This document shows, one piece after another, positions 37,030 through 46,918 of a DNA stretch of 50,683 nt. Every line of letters starts with the position of its first letter. The first letter of the stretch is position 1. Location: contig CAJOLF010000008.1 in assembly GCA_905235295.1 (NCBI GenBank), forward strand, positions 1-50,683, in the 5' to 3' direction. This DNA is from an uncultured Ruminococcus sp. Lineage in GTDB: Bacteria; Bacillota; Clostridia; Oscillospirales; Acutalibacteraceae. The notes beneath the pieces are model-generated. The model saw only the letters and a program-made list of their open reading frames with translations, made no database searches and was not told the DNA's origin. Made by a program: the position numbers and the translations under genes.

Positions 37030-38895
37030 ATGAAAAAAATTAATTATCGCAAGATTATATTGCTGCTTGCGGACATTTTTATAATATCTGTCAGCGGCAT
37101 TTTGCTCAACTATGTGCTTGAGCTTACTAACATAATCGGCCCCGAGGGAAGCAGGGGACTGCTCTACTACATTGTTATCAACGTAATTACCTGCGTGTTT
37201 ATGCTGATGCTTTTCGGCTCATACACAAGGGCTTGGCGGTACTTTAATATCAAGGATTATCTTTTAAGCGGCATTTCCATGGTTCTGGGCTTTACGACAG
37301 GCTACCTGATTTTGATGTTGCTCCAAATCCCCGTCAGGAAAATCTTTTTTATCCTATTCTTTTTGTTCGCAACAGCGGGTGTTCTGCTGTTCAGGCTTAT
37401 ATTTAAGCGAACGTTCTTAACTATCGCGCAATCCGAAGCGCGCGAAAATCCCGAGCGTACTCTTATTGTCGGCGCGGGACAAGCGGGACACATGATTCTC
37501 ACCGAGATTCTCAACGCGCAAAATGACGAGAATAACCCTTCTCACAACCTCGAGCCGGTCGGCTTTGTTGACGACGACATAACCAAGCTTCACACGGTTT
37601 ACCGCGGAGTGGAGGTTATGGGCGTTTGCAGCGAAATCCCCAAAATCTGCGCGGATCAAAAGATAACAAATATCATCGTCGCGATTCCGTCCTGCGAGGA
37701 GGAGGAAAAGAGGGAAATCCTCGACTACTGCTCCGTAACCGAATGCAAAATCAAGGTTGTTCCTTATCTCAGCGAGATACTTTTCGGCGACGACAAGCAG
37801 CTGATTGCCCAGGCGCAGGAGATTAAAATAGAAGATCTTTTGGGCAGAAAGCCGATAGAGTTTGACCGGGAGAAAATCAAGGAATTTATCTCGGGCAAGG
37901 TGTGCATGGTAACCGGCGGAGGCGGCTCAATCGGCAGCGAGCTTGTGCGCCAGATTGCGTCGTACAATCCCAAGCAGATAATCATTGTTGACATCTACGA
38001 GAACAACGCATACGATATTCAGCAGGAGCTTATCCTTGAATACGGCTCAGCAATCAACCTTGTAACCCTAATTTCATCTGTTCGCGACTACGACAAGATG
38101 GAAGTTATTTTCAAAAAATACCGTCCGCAGATTGTTTTCCACGCCGCGGCTCACAAGCACGTTCCTCTGATGGAAACCGTGCCCGAGGAAGCGGTAAAAA
38201 ATAATGTTTTCGGCACCTTTAACGTCGCGACGCTCGCGGAATTTTATCAGGCGGACAAGTTCGTAATGATTTCCACCGATAAGGCGGTAAACCCCACCAA
38301 CGTAATGGGAGCCACCAAGCGCGCGTGCGAGATGATAATTCAGGCGAAGGCGCAGAACTCAAAGCATACCGAGTTTGTAACGACTCGCTTCGGCAACGTG
38401 CTCGGCTCAAACGGTTCGGTAATTCCGCTTTTCCGCCGCCAGATAGAGAGCGGCTCGGCGGTAACCGTAACCCATCCCGACATCATCAGGTATTTTATGA
38501 CAATTCCGGAAGCGGTGTCGCTTGTGCTCGAGGCGGGCGCAATGGCAAAGGGCGGAGAGATTTTTGTCCTTGATATGGGAGCTCCGGTAAGGATTACCAC
38601 CCTCGCGGAAAACCTCATCAGAATGTACGGCAAGATTCCCTACAAGGACGTTCCGATAGTCTTTACGGGACTTCGCCCCGGAGAAAAGCTTTTTGAGGAG
38701 CTTTTGATGGATGAAGAAGGACTGCAGTCAACCGACAACAAAAAAATATTCATCGGCAACCAGATTAACGTGGATAACCAAGAGCTTGTATGCAAGCTCA
38801 ACGCCCTGCACGACGCGGCTGAATCCAACGACAGCGAGCTGACGGTTAAGCTGCTCGCGGATTTGGTTCCGACCTTTAATCACAATACCGATTAA
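37030..38895 (+). CDS. CapD/PglF-like membrane-bound UDP-GlcNAc 4,6-dehydratase
   Basis: Four N-terminal TMs, IEDLLGR, TGGGGSIGSEL, HAAAHKHVP, ISTDKAVNP, RFGNVLGS and GLRPGEK. Confidence 0.93.
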   Translation: MKKINYRKIILLLADIFIISVSGILLNYVLELTNIIGPEGSRGLLYYIVINVITCVFMLMLFGSYTRAWRYFNIKDYLLSGISMVLGFTTGYLILMLLQIPVRKIFFILFFLFATAGVLLFRLIFKRTFLTIAQSEARENPERTLIVGAGQAGHMILTEILNAQNDENNPSHNLEPVGFVDDDITKLHTVYRGVEVMGVCSEIPKICADQKITNIIVAIPSCEEEEKREILDYCSVTECKIKVVPYLSEILFGDDKQLIAQAQEIKIEDLLGRKPIEFDREKIKEFISGKVCMVTGGGGSIGSELVRQIASYNPKQIIIVDIYENNAYDIQQELILEYGSAINLVTLISSVRDYDKMEVIFKKYRPQIVFHAAAHKHVPLMETVPEEAVKNNVFGTFNVATLAEFYQADKFVMISTDKAVNPTNVMGATKRACEMIIQAKAQNSKHTEFVTTRFGNVLGSNGSVIPLFRRQIESGSAVTVTHPDIIRYFMTIPEAVSLVLEAGAMAKGGEIFVLDMGAPVRITTLAENLIRMYGKIPYKDVPIVFTGLRPGEKLFEELLMDEEGLQSTDNKKIFIGNQINVDNQELVCKLNALHDAAESNDSELTVKLLADLVPTFNHNTD

Positions 38896-38910
38896 GTTTT
38901 AAAAATCACG

Positions 38911-38937
38911 GCGGACAGAGCAATCTGTCCGCTTTTT
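38911..38937 (+). terminator. Intrinsic terminator
   Basis: GCGGACAGA-GCAA-TCTGTCCGC-TTTTT. Confidence 0.85.
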
Positions 38938-38940
38938 CAC

Positions 38941-38992
38941 TGTATAGGAAGCTCCTTCATTTTGATTCCGCCGTTACAGAAACGATGCCGCG
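38941..38992 (+). repeat. Terminator-adjacent repeat, copy 2 (family A)
   Basis: TGTATAGGAAGCTCCTTCATTTTGATTCCGCCGTTACAGAAACGATGCCGCG. Confidence 0.88.
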
Positions 38993-39078
38993 CGTTCGTG
39001 CTTTCCAAAGGCGTGCGAGAGTGCCCGCCGGCACTTTTTTACGCCGTTTTTCGGCTTTAGAGTAAATGATTAATTGTA

Positions 39079-39107
39079 TTGACTTTTTACAATGCTTGTG
39101 GTAAAAT
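39079..39107 (+). promoter_or_regulatory. Sigma-A promoter of the (nagB)-glmU-like-glmM unit
   Basis: TTGACT (39079-84), 17 bp, TG-G-TAAAAT (39102-07). Confidence 0.7.
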
Positions 39108-39120
39108 TTTTAAGGATATA

Positions 39121-39237
39121 GGCAAAAATCACAAAGAGGACCGTCCCTTTGTTCTTGGCCTTCCAACAGGCTCATCGCCCGTCGGCGCTGACGCTTACAA
39201 GTACTTCCTCAATATCGAAAAGAAGGAGAGACTTTAA
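39121..39237 (+). pseudogene. nagB: Internally deleted remnant of glucosamine-6-phosphate deaminase
   Basis: Manual translation GKNHKEDRPFVLGLPTGSSPVG-ADAYKYFLNIEKKERL*. The NagB N-terminal motif is fused in frame to a NagB-like C-terminal tail. Confidence 0.8.
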
Positions 39238-39899
39238 TGTACACAATCAAAGATCTTTACGATCTCGAACATACACTCGCGAAGGACTATCTTTCGCAGT
39301 TTAAATACCCGTGGGAGGCTCTAAAGGGCATCAAGGATTTCATCCTCGCTCTCGGTCCCACACTCGGCGATGATTACGAGGAGAGAGAGGAGAACGTTTG
39401 GGTTCACAAAACCGCAAAGGTATTTCCCTCGGCGTATCTCGGCGCTCCCTGCATCATCGGTCCCAATACCGAGGTAAGGCACGGCGCGTTCATCCGCGGC
39501 TCGGCGCTTGTCGGAGCCGACTGCGTAGTAGGCAACTCGGTAGAGCTGAAAAACGTCATTCTTTTTGACCACGTACAGACGCCACACTACAACTATGTGG
39601 GCGACTCGATTCTCGGGTATTTCTCGCACATGGGCGCGGGTTCAATCACATCCAACGTAAAATCGGACAAAAAGCTCGTTGTTGTTCACAACGGCACAGA
39701 GAATATTGAAACAGGCGTCAAAAAGTTCGGCGCAATGCTCGGCGACTATGTTGAGGTCGGCTGCAACGCGGTTTGCAATCCCGGCACAGTAATCGGCAGG
39801 CACTCAAGCGTGTACCCGACGTCAAACGTGCGCGGCGTAATCCCAGAAAACTGTATTTTTAAGAACAGCGGCGTTGTAGTAGAAAGGAAGTGCGAATGA
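39237..39899 (+). CDS. GlmU-like left-handed beta-helix acetyltransferase (no pyrophosphorylase domain)
   Basis: YPWE, hexapeptide repeats, GNSVELKN, PHYNYVGDSILG and KKFGAMLGD. Confidence 0.85.
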   Translation: MYTIKDLYDLEHTLAKDYLSQFKYPWEALKGIKDFILALGPTLGDDYEEREENVWVHKTAKVFPSAYLGAPCIIGPNTEVRHGAFIRGSALVGADCVVGNSVELKNVILFDHVQTPHYNYVGDSILGYFSHMGAGSITSNVKSDKKLVVVHNGTENIETGVKKFGAMLGDYVEVGCNAVCNPGTVIGRHSSVYPTSNVRGVIPENCIFKNSGVVVERKCE

Positions 39900-41245
39900 T
39901 GGGCAAGTATTTTGGTACCGACGGTTTCCGCGGCGAGGCTAACAAAGATCTGACCTTTGACCACGCGGTAAAAATCGGACGTTTTCTCGGCTGGTATTTC
40001 GGCGAAAATCAGGGCAAAAAGGCAAAGGTTGTAATCGGAAAGGATACCCGCCGTTCATCCTATATGTTTGAGTACGCTCTTTGCACAGGGCTTATGGCGA
40101 GCGGCGCGGACGCGTACATTATGCACGTTACCACCACTCCGTCGGTTGCGTATATCACACGTATCGACGATTTTGACTGCGGAATCGTGATTTCCGCTTC
40201 TCATAACCCCTACTATGACAACGGCATCAAGCTTCTCAACAGCAAGGGCGAAAAAATGGAAGAGGAAACCCTGCTCAAGGTTGAGGACTATATCGACGGA
40301 AAAATCGAAATCCCCATCGCTCACAGAGAGAACATCGGACGTACCGTTGACTATGTTGAGGGACGTAACCGCTACATCGGCTACCTAATCTCAATGAGCA
40401 AGTACAGCTTCAAGGGCGTAAAGGTAGGTCTTGACGTCTCTAACGGCGCGTCGTGGCAGATTGCCAAGGGCGTGTTCAACGCTCTGGGCGCTAAAGTTTA
40501 TGTAATCAACGACGCTCCCGACGGCTACAACATCAACACCGACTGCGGCTCAACCCACATTGAGCACCTGCAGAAGTTTGTTGTTGACAACGGTCTCGAC
40601 GTCGGCTTTGCTTACGACGGCGACGCCGACCGCTGCCTCGCTGTTGACGAAAAAGGCAATATTTTAACAGGTGACCACATCATCTACATCTACGGCTGCT
40701 ATATGAAGGAGAGAGGCAAGCTCCTCAACAACAAGGTCGTAGCCACAATTATGAGCAACTTCGGACTGTTCAAGGCGCTTGACAAGGCGGGCATTGAATA
40801 CGACAAAACAGACGTAGGCGACAAGTATGTTTATGAGAATATGCTTAAGACAGGCAACCGCATCGGCGGCGAGGAATCGGGTCATATTATCTTCTCAAAG
40901 TACGCCACCACAGGCGACGGAATCCTCACATCATTAAAGCTGATGGAGGTTATGCTCGCCAAGGAGAAGCCCATGAGTGAGCTCGCGGCTCCCATGGTTA
41001 TGTATCCGCAGGTCCTCAAGAACGTCAGGGTTAAGTCAAAGCCCGACGCCAAGAACGATTCCGACGTTCAGGCGGAGGTCGCTAAGGTTGCCGCGGCTCT
41101 CGGAGAAAACGGACGTATTCTTCTCAGAGAATCGGGCACAGAACCCGTTATCCGCGTAATGGTAGAAGCGGACAGCGACGAAACCTGCGAGAAGTATGTT
41201 GATCAGGTAATCGACGTAATTCGCGCGAAAGGACATATTGTTTAA
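39896..41245 (+). CDS. glmM: Phosphoglucosamine mutase
   Basis: YFGTDGFRG, ISASHNP, DGDADR, GGEESGH and RESGTEP. Start is ATG at 39896 or 39899. Confidence 0.96.
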   Translation: MMGKYFGTDGFRGEANKDLTFDHAVKIGRFLGWYFGENQGKKAKVVIGKDTRRSSYMFEYALCTGLMASGADAYIMHVTTTPSVAYITRIDDFDCGIVISASHNPYYDNGIKLLNSKGEKMEEETLLKVEDYIDGKIEIPIAHRENIGRTVDYVEGRNRYIGYLISMSKYSFKGVKVGLDVSNGASWQIAKGVFNALGAKVYVINDAPDGYNINTDCGSTHIEHLQKFVVDNGLDVGFAYDGDADRCLAVDEKGNILTGDHIIYIYGCYMKERGKLLNNKVVATIMSNFGLFKALDKAGIEYDKTDVGDKYVYENMLKTGNRIGGEESGHIIFSKYATTGDGILTSLKLMEVMLAKEKPMSELAAPMVMYPQVLKNVRVKSKPDAKNDSDVQAEVAKVAAALGENGRILLRESGTEPVIRVMVEADSDETCEKYVDQVIDVIRAKGHIV

Positions 41246-41347
41246 GCAGTATATTTTAATAAACCGGGCTGTCGGCAGAAATGCCGGCGGCTCTTTTTGT
41301 TAATATACCCGACAGATATTTAAAAGTAATAAGTAATACGGAATAAA

Positions 41348-41375
41348 TTGAAAGTTAAAACTTGAAAGTTGAAAG
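41348..41375 (+). repeat. Heptamer tandem repeat TTGAAAG x4 (one degenerate)
   Basis: TTGAAAG TTAAAAC TTGAAAG TTGAAAG. Confidence 0.8.
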
Positions 41376-41625
41376 TTTCGGTCGGTCGCGGCGGCACCCC
41401 GCCCCCGAGTAGCGCACCGTCGCCACGGCGCTTTTTGTTTTCTCTGCAATTCTGCCAAAAAACAACACTTTTCGCGGCTCAATAACGGCAGATTAGCCGA
41501 TAAAAAAAACTTGTTTTTCACGGCAAAATTTAGTATAATTTAAAAGAATGTATATTTGTAATTTTATATTCGCAATTCGCAGCAAAACAAATAACAATAA
41601 ATTTTATTTTCCGGGGGAAAAAGAA

Positions 41626-43527
41626 ATGGAATTTAAAGCGCTAAAAAAAGCGGCCGCGATTTTTATGTGCGCCGCAATCGCGGGTATGAGCGTTGTAACG
41701 GCGTTTGCCGCTGACAAAACCTATTCGGTGCCCGAGGCGGCGGATATGCAGATAACCCTGCCCGACGATATGACGGCGGTAACCCGTTCCTCAGACGCGA
41801 ACGACCAGTATTTTTCGCTGTTCGGTATCGACTACAACACCAACAAGCAAAATTTTGAGAGCAGCGACATCTACCTTCAGGGTATGAACAGCAGCTCAAG
41901 CCTCACTGTCACGGTAACTGTTACCGAAACCGACGAGAGCAAACAAATTACGAACTACAACCTGCTTGAATCCGACAGAATAAGCGAAATCGCGCGCAAC
42001 TTCCTTAGCCAAAACGAGTACACATCTTGCACGGTTGATCAGGCGGTCAGCAAAATAGTCTGGCTCAATTTCAACACAAGGGTAAACTATTCGGGCTCGC
42101 TGATTGAGGCGTACCAGGCGAACACCGTCTACAACGGCAAAAGCATCAATGTTACGCTCCAGCGCAACGGCGGCAACGTAACCGCCGAGGATTACCAAAC
42201 CTTCACCAAAATCGTGTCCTCTGTTGAGTTTAACAAAATCGGCTTTCTGAGCAGTCCTGTTCTGCCCTTCATAATTATCGGCGCGGTTGTGCTGCTGATT
42301 CTGATAATCGTTTTCATTATCATAATCGTAAGGGTGGCAAAGCGCCGCAGAAAAAAGAACAAGAATGACAAAATCCTCGAGGAGCTTGCGGGCAAGTACA
42401 CAAGCGGCAAGCAGAATAACGGCGCCTCGTATTCATACGATTCCGATTCACTTGACGACATAAGCGAGGCTCCCGCTTCGGATAAAACCATGGTTTACGA
42501 CGTCGTAAGCCTTGAAAAGCATAGCGAAAGCGAAGATTACAGCGGCGCGGACAGCGACGGCGCAAGGCGTTATTCAGATGATGAAATCGACGCTATGCTC
42601 GGCGATACAGACGAAGGTGAACAGTCAAATTTTATTCAGGCTCTTCCCAAAAGCGAGGAGGAGCCGGAAGAAACAGAGGACGACACTATAAATAAATCCG
42701 AGGCGGTGTCGGAGTTTTTTGAGGACGAGCCCTCGGACGAGGAAACAAAAGCGGTTCCCGAGACCAAAAAGTTCGCTTTCCCGGTAAAGACGGTTGAGCA
42801 AGCCGGCGAAACGGAGCCTGAGGAAGCTCAGCCCGAGGAAAACGGCGCGGTATCTGCGGAAGAAGCAACCGAACCCGAGCAGTCCGAACCTGAACAATCC
42901 GAACCCGAGACTGAGGACGGCGGAAAAAACGAGGACGGCACTCTAAAGGATTATATAAAATCCGCGCTCAGAGAATTTGATTCCGACTACGACGAGTACG
43001 AGGAATACACCAACGACGAGGTGCTTGTCAGAGAAGAAGCCAAGCACGCCAAATTCGCCGACAGCGACGATTACTTTGAGGAAGCGCCCAAAAAGGTAAT
43101 GGGCGTAATCAGCAGCAAGGAAATTCAGGACGCCGAGGAATACGACGTAATCGGAGAAATGGAACGCCGCGCCGACGAGGTAGAAAAGGAACCCGCGGCA
43201 AGGGGCGAAAGGGCAACCGAAGCCCTCAAAAAAGCAGGCGGCGGAGTAAAGAGCTTCTTTGTACACTGCGGTTATTTCTCCACAAATCTAAGACGGGATA
43301 TAAAACATAAACGCGAAGTAAAAAAGCGCAAACAGTACGAGGAGGACCGCAAGCGCAGAGCAAGAGAAAGAGCCGAGCGCCAGCGTATGCAGGAGCAGAA
43401 CGGCGAGCTTGTACAGGTTCACAAAAGAACCGACCGCAAGCCCTCAAATCAGAGCAGACCGAGCTCAAATCAGCGCAGACCGTCGTCCTCTCAGAACAGA
43501 AAATCCAACCACCCACGCAAAAGATAG
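41626..43527 (+). CDS. Hypothetical single-pass membrane protein with long acidic tail
   Basis: Signal peptide (...VVTAFA), folded extracellular region, one TM helix with RRRKK stop-transfer, Glu/Asp-rich tail with EPEQS repeats and a basic end. Confidence 0.8.
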   Translation: MEFKALKKAAAIFMCAAIAGMSVVTAFAADKTYSVPEAADMQITLPDDMTAVTRSSDANDQYFSLFGIDYNTNKQNFESSDIYLQGMNSSSSLTVTVTVTETDESKQITNYNLLESDRISEIARNFLSQNEYTSCTVDQAVSKIVWLNFNTRVNYSGSLIEAYQANTVYNGKSINVTLQRNGGNVTAEDYQTFTKIVSSVEFNKIGFLSSPVLPFIIIGAVVLLILIIVFIIIIVRVAKRRRKKNKNDKILEELAGKYTSGKQNNGASYSYDSDSLDDISEAPASDKTMVYDVVSLEKHSESEDYSGADSDGARRYSDDEIDAMLGDTDEGEQSNFIQALPKSEEEPEETEDDTINKSEAVSEFFEDEPSDEETKAVPETKKFAFPVKTVEQAGETEPEEAQPEENGAVSAEEATEPEQSEPEQSEPETEDGGKNEDGTLKDYIKSALREFDSDYDEYEEYTNDEVLVREEAKHAKFADSDDYFEEAPKKVMGVISSKEIQDAEEYDVIGEMERRADEVEKEPAARGERATEALKKAGGGVKSFFVHCGYFSTNLRRDIKHKREVKKRKQYEEDRKRRARERAERQRMQEQNGELVQVHKRTDRKPSNQSRPSSNQRRPSSSQNRKSNHPRKR

Positions 43528-43537
43528 GATGATATAA

Positions 43538-44809
43538 ATGTCGGAAATTTTAATCAAAAACGCCCGGATAATTTCCCCCGCGGATAACCTCAGCGGCGTT
43601 TATGACATCAAAATCAAGGACGGCGTAATCGAACAAATCGGCAGCGGACTCGCGTGCGAATGCGAAATCATAGACGCTGACGGTCTTTGCGCCGTACCGG
43701 GGCTTGTCGATATGCACGTCCATCTGCGCGATCCCGGTCAAACCCAAAAGGAAGATATTATCACGGGCTGCCGCGCGGCTGCTGCGGGCGGAGTCACAAG
43801 CCTGCTCGCAATGCCCAACACAACCCCCACCGCCGATAATCCCGAAACGGTGAAGTATATCCTTGACAAGGCAAAAACCGCCGACGCGCGCGTTTACGTT
43901 GCCGCGAGCATTACAAAAGGGCTGAAAAGCGAGGAAAAAACCGACCTCGCCGCCCTAAAAGCCGCGGGAGCTGTCGCGCTCAGCGACGACGGCAGACCGG
44001 TAGAAAACACCGAATTTCTCCGCGAGGCAATGAAAGCCGCGCCGAAGCTCGGAATGAAGCCCGTCGCCCACTGCGAGGATTTGTTTATCGCGAACGGCGG
44101 CAAAATGAACGACGGCAAAATCTCCGAACAGCTCGGTGTAAAGGGAATCCCTGCAGCCGCCGAGGACTGCGGAACAGCAAGGGAAATCGCCCTTGCCGCT
44201 GCCGAGGATGTCCCGGTTCACATCTGCCACGTCAGCACAAGAACCTCTGTGGCTCTTGTCCGCGACGCGAAAAAACGCGGAGTAAAAGTGACGGCGGAAA
44301 CCGCTCCGCACTACTTTTCCCTAACGGAAAACGAGCTTCTCAGGCGCGACGCCGACTACAGAATGAATCCTCCGCTGAGAACCGCCGAGGACGTTAAGGC
44401 GATAATCGAGGGCTTGCGCGACGGCACGCTCGACGCGATTGCCACCGACCACGCACCCCACACCCCCGCAGAAAAGGCGGATTTTGAAAAAGCGCCCAAC
44501 GGCTCAATCGGTATGGAAACCTCACTCGCCGCCGGCATAACCTATCTTGTAAAAACGGGTATGCTCACTTTGGATGAGCTGATTGAGAAAATGAGCGTTA
44601 ACCCCGCGAAAATTCTCGGGCTCAACGCGGGCACGCTCAGCGCGGGCGCGCCTGCCGACATAGCGCTTATCAATCCCGGCGAGCAGTGGACGGTGGACGT
44701 AAACAAGCTTCACGGCAAAAGCAAAAACACGCCGTTTAAGGGCTTAACCCTGACAGGAAAGGTTAAGAGGACAATTTTAGGCGGCAAGACCGTTTATATT
44801 GATGAATAA
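43538..44809 (+). CDS. pyrC: Dihydroorotase
   Basis: DMHVHLRDPG, AMPNT, SDDG, HICHVS, MNPPLR and ATDHAPH. Confidence 0.96.
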   Translation: MSEILIKNARIISPADNLSGVYDIKIKDGVIEQIGSGLACECEIIDADGLCAVPGLVDMHVHLRDPGQTQKEDIITGCRAAAAGGVTSLLAMPNTTPTADNPETVKYILDKAKTADARVYVAASITKGLKSEEKTDLAALKAAGAVALSDDGRPVENTEFLREAMKAAPKLGMKPVAHCEDLFIANGGKMNDGKISEQLGVKGIPAAAEDCGTAREIALAAAEDVPVHICHVSTRTSVALVRDAKKRGVKVTAETAPHYFSLTENELLRRDADYRMNPPLRTAEDVKAIIEGLRDGTLDAIATDHAPHTPAEKADFEKAPNGSIGMETSLAAGITYLVKTGMLTLDELIEKMSVNPAKILGLNAGTLSAGAPADIALINPGEQWTVDVNKLHGKSKNTPFKGLTLTGKVKRTILGGKTVYIDE

Positions 44810-44855
44810 TATTTTGGTATATTGGATTATAAAAGCATTTTAAGGAGTAATTTTT

Positions 44856-45836
44856 ATGGCACAAAAAGGTAATCTGCTGTCAGTAAGACAGGACATACGC
44901 GTGGTTGACGCCACAATCCGCGACGGCGGACTTTGCAACGACTTCCGTTTCACCGACGAATTTGTAGAATCGCTCTACAAGGCTAACCTCAAGGCAGGCG
45001 TTGACTATATGGAGTTCGGCTACAAGGCGTCCAAGGAAATTTTTGACGAGGACGACTTCGGCAAGTGGAAGTTCTGCAACGACGATGACATCAGAAAAAT
45101 AGTCGGCGAAAACGATACAAAAATGAAAATCTCGGTAATGGCGGACGTCGGCAGAACCGACTTTGAGGAGGACATTATTCCCAAGTCGGAAAGCCCGATT
45201 GACCTTATCAGAATCGCGACCTACATCAACACAATCCCTGCCGCGGTAGAGATGATTGAGTACTGCGCGAAGCAAGGCTATGAAACAACAATCAACATTA
45301 TGGCGGTTTCAAAGGCGCGTACAGAGGATCTCAAAACCGCTCTCGAAATCCTCGGACAAACCCCGGTTTCGTGCTTCTATATCGTAGACAGCTACGGCTC
45401 GCTCTACCCGGAGGAGGCAAGGCGCTTTGCAGAGATGTACGGCGAAATCGCCGAAAAGTACGGCAAGCTGACAGGCATCCACGCCCACAACAACCAGCAG
45501 CTCGCGTTCGCGAATACAATCGACGCTATGGCGTACGGCGCAAGCTTCATTGACGGCACCGTCGACGGAATGGGCAGAGGCGCCGGCAACTGCTCGCTCG
45601 AGCTTTTGCTCGGCTTCCTCAAAAACCCGAAGTACAAGGTAAACCCGATTATCAAATTTATCCAGCAGCACATGAACGATCTTCGCGAACAGGGCGTAAA
45701 ATGGGGATATGACATTCCCTATATGCTCACGGGACAGTACAACACCCATCCGCGTCCGGCAATCCAGTTTGTAAACGACGGCCGCAAGGATTACTACAAG
45801 TTCGCGAACGACCTCTACGACATCATCAATTCATAA
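44856..45836 (+). CDS. DRE-TIM aldolase-like protein (4-hydroxy-2-oxovalerate aldolase-like)
   Basis: DATIRDGG, VDSYGSL, HAHNNQQLAFAN and GMGRGAGN. Confidence 0.85.
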   Translation: MAQKGNLLSVRQDIRVVDATIRDGGLCNDFRFTDEFVESLYKANLKAGVDYMEFGYKASKEIFDEDDFGKWKFCNDDDIRKIVGENDTKMKISVMADVGRTDFEEDIIPKSESPIDLIRIATYINTIPAAVEMIEYCAKQGYETTINIMAVSKARTEDLKTALEILGQTPVSCFYIVDSYGSLYPEEARRFAEMYGEIAEKYGKLTGIHAHNNQQLAFANTIDAMAYGASFIDGTVDGMGRGAGNCSLELLLGFLKNPKYKVNPIIKFIQQHMNDLREQGVKWGYDIPYMLTGQYNTHPRPAIQFVNDGRKDYYKFANDLYDIINS

Positions 45837-45849
45837 TTAAGGAGTAACA

Positions 45850-46782
45850 ATGGCATTTGACAGATTAATTGAAAAAATCGTTGAAAAGCAAAACCCCACG
45901 GTAGCCGGTCTTGATCCCAAGCTCGACTATGTTCCGCAGTCAATCAAGGCAGCCTGCTTTGAAAAGCACGGCAAAACCCTTGAAGGCGCCGCGGCGGCTC
46001 TGCTCGAGTTCAACAAGGCTATTATTGACGAGATTTACGACATCGTTCCCGCAATCAAGCCCCAGGCGGCGTATTACGAGATGTACGGCTGGCAGGGAGT
46101 AAAGGCTCTCGCCGACACAATCGCCTACGCTCAGTCAAAGGGAATGTTCGTAATCACCGACGGCAAGCGCAACGACATCGGAACAACAATGGAGGCTTAC
46201 GCCGCGGCTCACCTCGGCACAACCGGGGTTGAGGGAGAAACCGTTTCGGCCTTCGGAGCCGACGCTCTCACCGTGAACGGCTACCTCGGAACCGACGGAA
46301 TCAAGCCGCTTTTGAGTATATGCGAGAAAGAGGACAAGGGAATTTTCGTCCTTGTAAAGACCTCAAACCCAAGCTCGGGCGAGCTGCAGGATATGAAGCT
46401 TGAAAACGGCGCGACCGTGTACGAGCAGATGGGCAGAATGTGCGAGAGCTGGGGAGAGGAATTACCCGGCAAATACGGCTACTCGGGAGTCGGCGCGGTT
46501 GTCGGCGCCACCTACCCCGACCAGCTTCTTGAAATGAGGGAGAAAGCTCCCCGTACCTTCTTCCTTGTTCCCGGCTACGGCGCTCAGGGCGGCGGAGCTC
46601 AGGACGCCAAAAACGCGTTTGACAAAAACGGTCTCGGCGCGATAATCAATTCCAGCCGCGGAATCATGTGCGCGTGGAAAAAGCAGGGGCTTGCAGAGGA
46701 CGACTTCGCAAAAGCCGCGCGCAATGAAGCTGTAAGAATGAAAGACGATATAATCTCAACAATCGGCAAAATTTCATTATAA
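45850..46782 (+). CDS. pyrF: Orotidine-5'-phosphate decarboxylase
   Basis: AGLDP, KPQAAYYE, DGKRNDIGTT, VKTSNP, VVGAT, PGYGAQGG and NSSR. Confidence 0.96.
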   Translation: MAFDRLIEKIVEKQNPTVAGLDPKLDYVPQSIKAACFEKHGKTLEGAAAALLEFNKAIIDEIYDIVPAIKPQAAYYEMYGWQGVKALADTIAYAQSKGMFVITDGKRNDIGTTMEAYAAAHLGTTGVEGETVSAFGADALTVNGYLGTDGIKPLLSICEKEDKGIFVLVKTSNPSSGELQDMKLENGATVYEQMGRMCESWGEELPGKYGYSGVGAVVGATYPDQLLEMREKAPRTFFLVPGYGAQGGGAQDAKNAFDKNGLGAIINSSRGIMCAWKKQGLAEDDFAKAARNEAVRMKDDIISTIGKISL

Positions 46783-46918
46783 AGCCGGTTGCGTTGTGGT
46801 TAATGAATGTTAATGTTTTAACAAATATATTTGAAAATATTGACATCTACGCGCAAAAAGCGTATAATCAAAAACGGTAATTTTTATTTAAATCATTATA
46901 TAAAAGGGAGTAATTTTT

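Noticed and set aside
37030-38895. Capsule/EPS locus
   Set aside because: The capD-like gene is monocistronic here, with no glycosyltransferases, flippase or polymerase adjacent.
41341-41380. ATTGAAAG resembling the 3' end of type I-B/III CRISPR repeats
   Set aside because: These are contiguous 7-mers with no spacers, no 30-37 bp repeats and no cas genes in the window.
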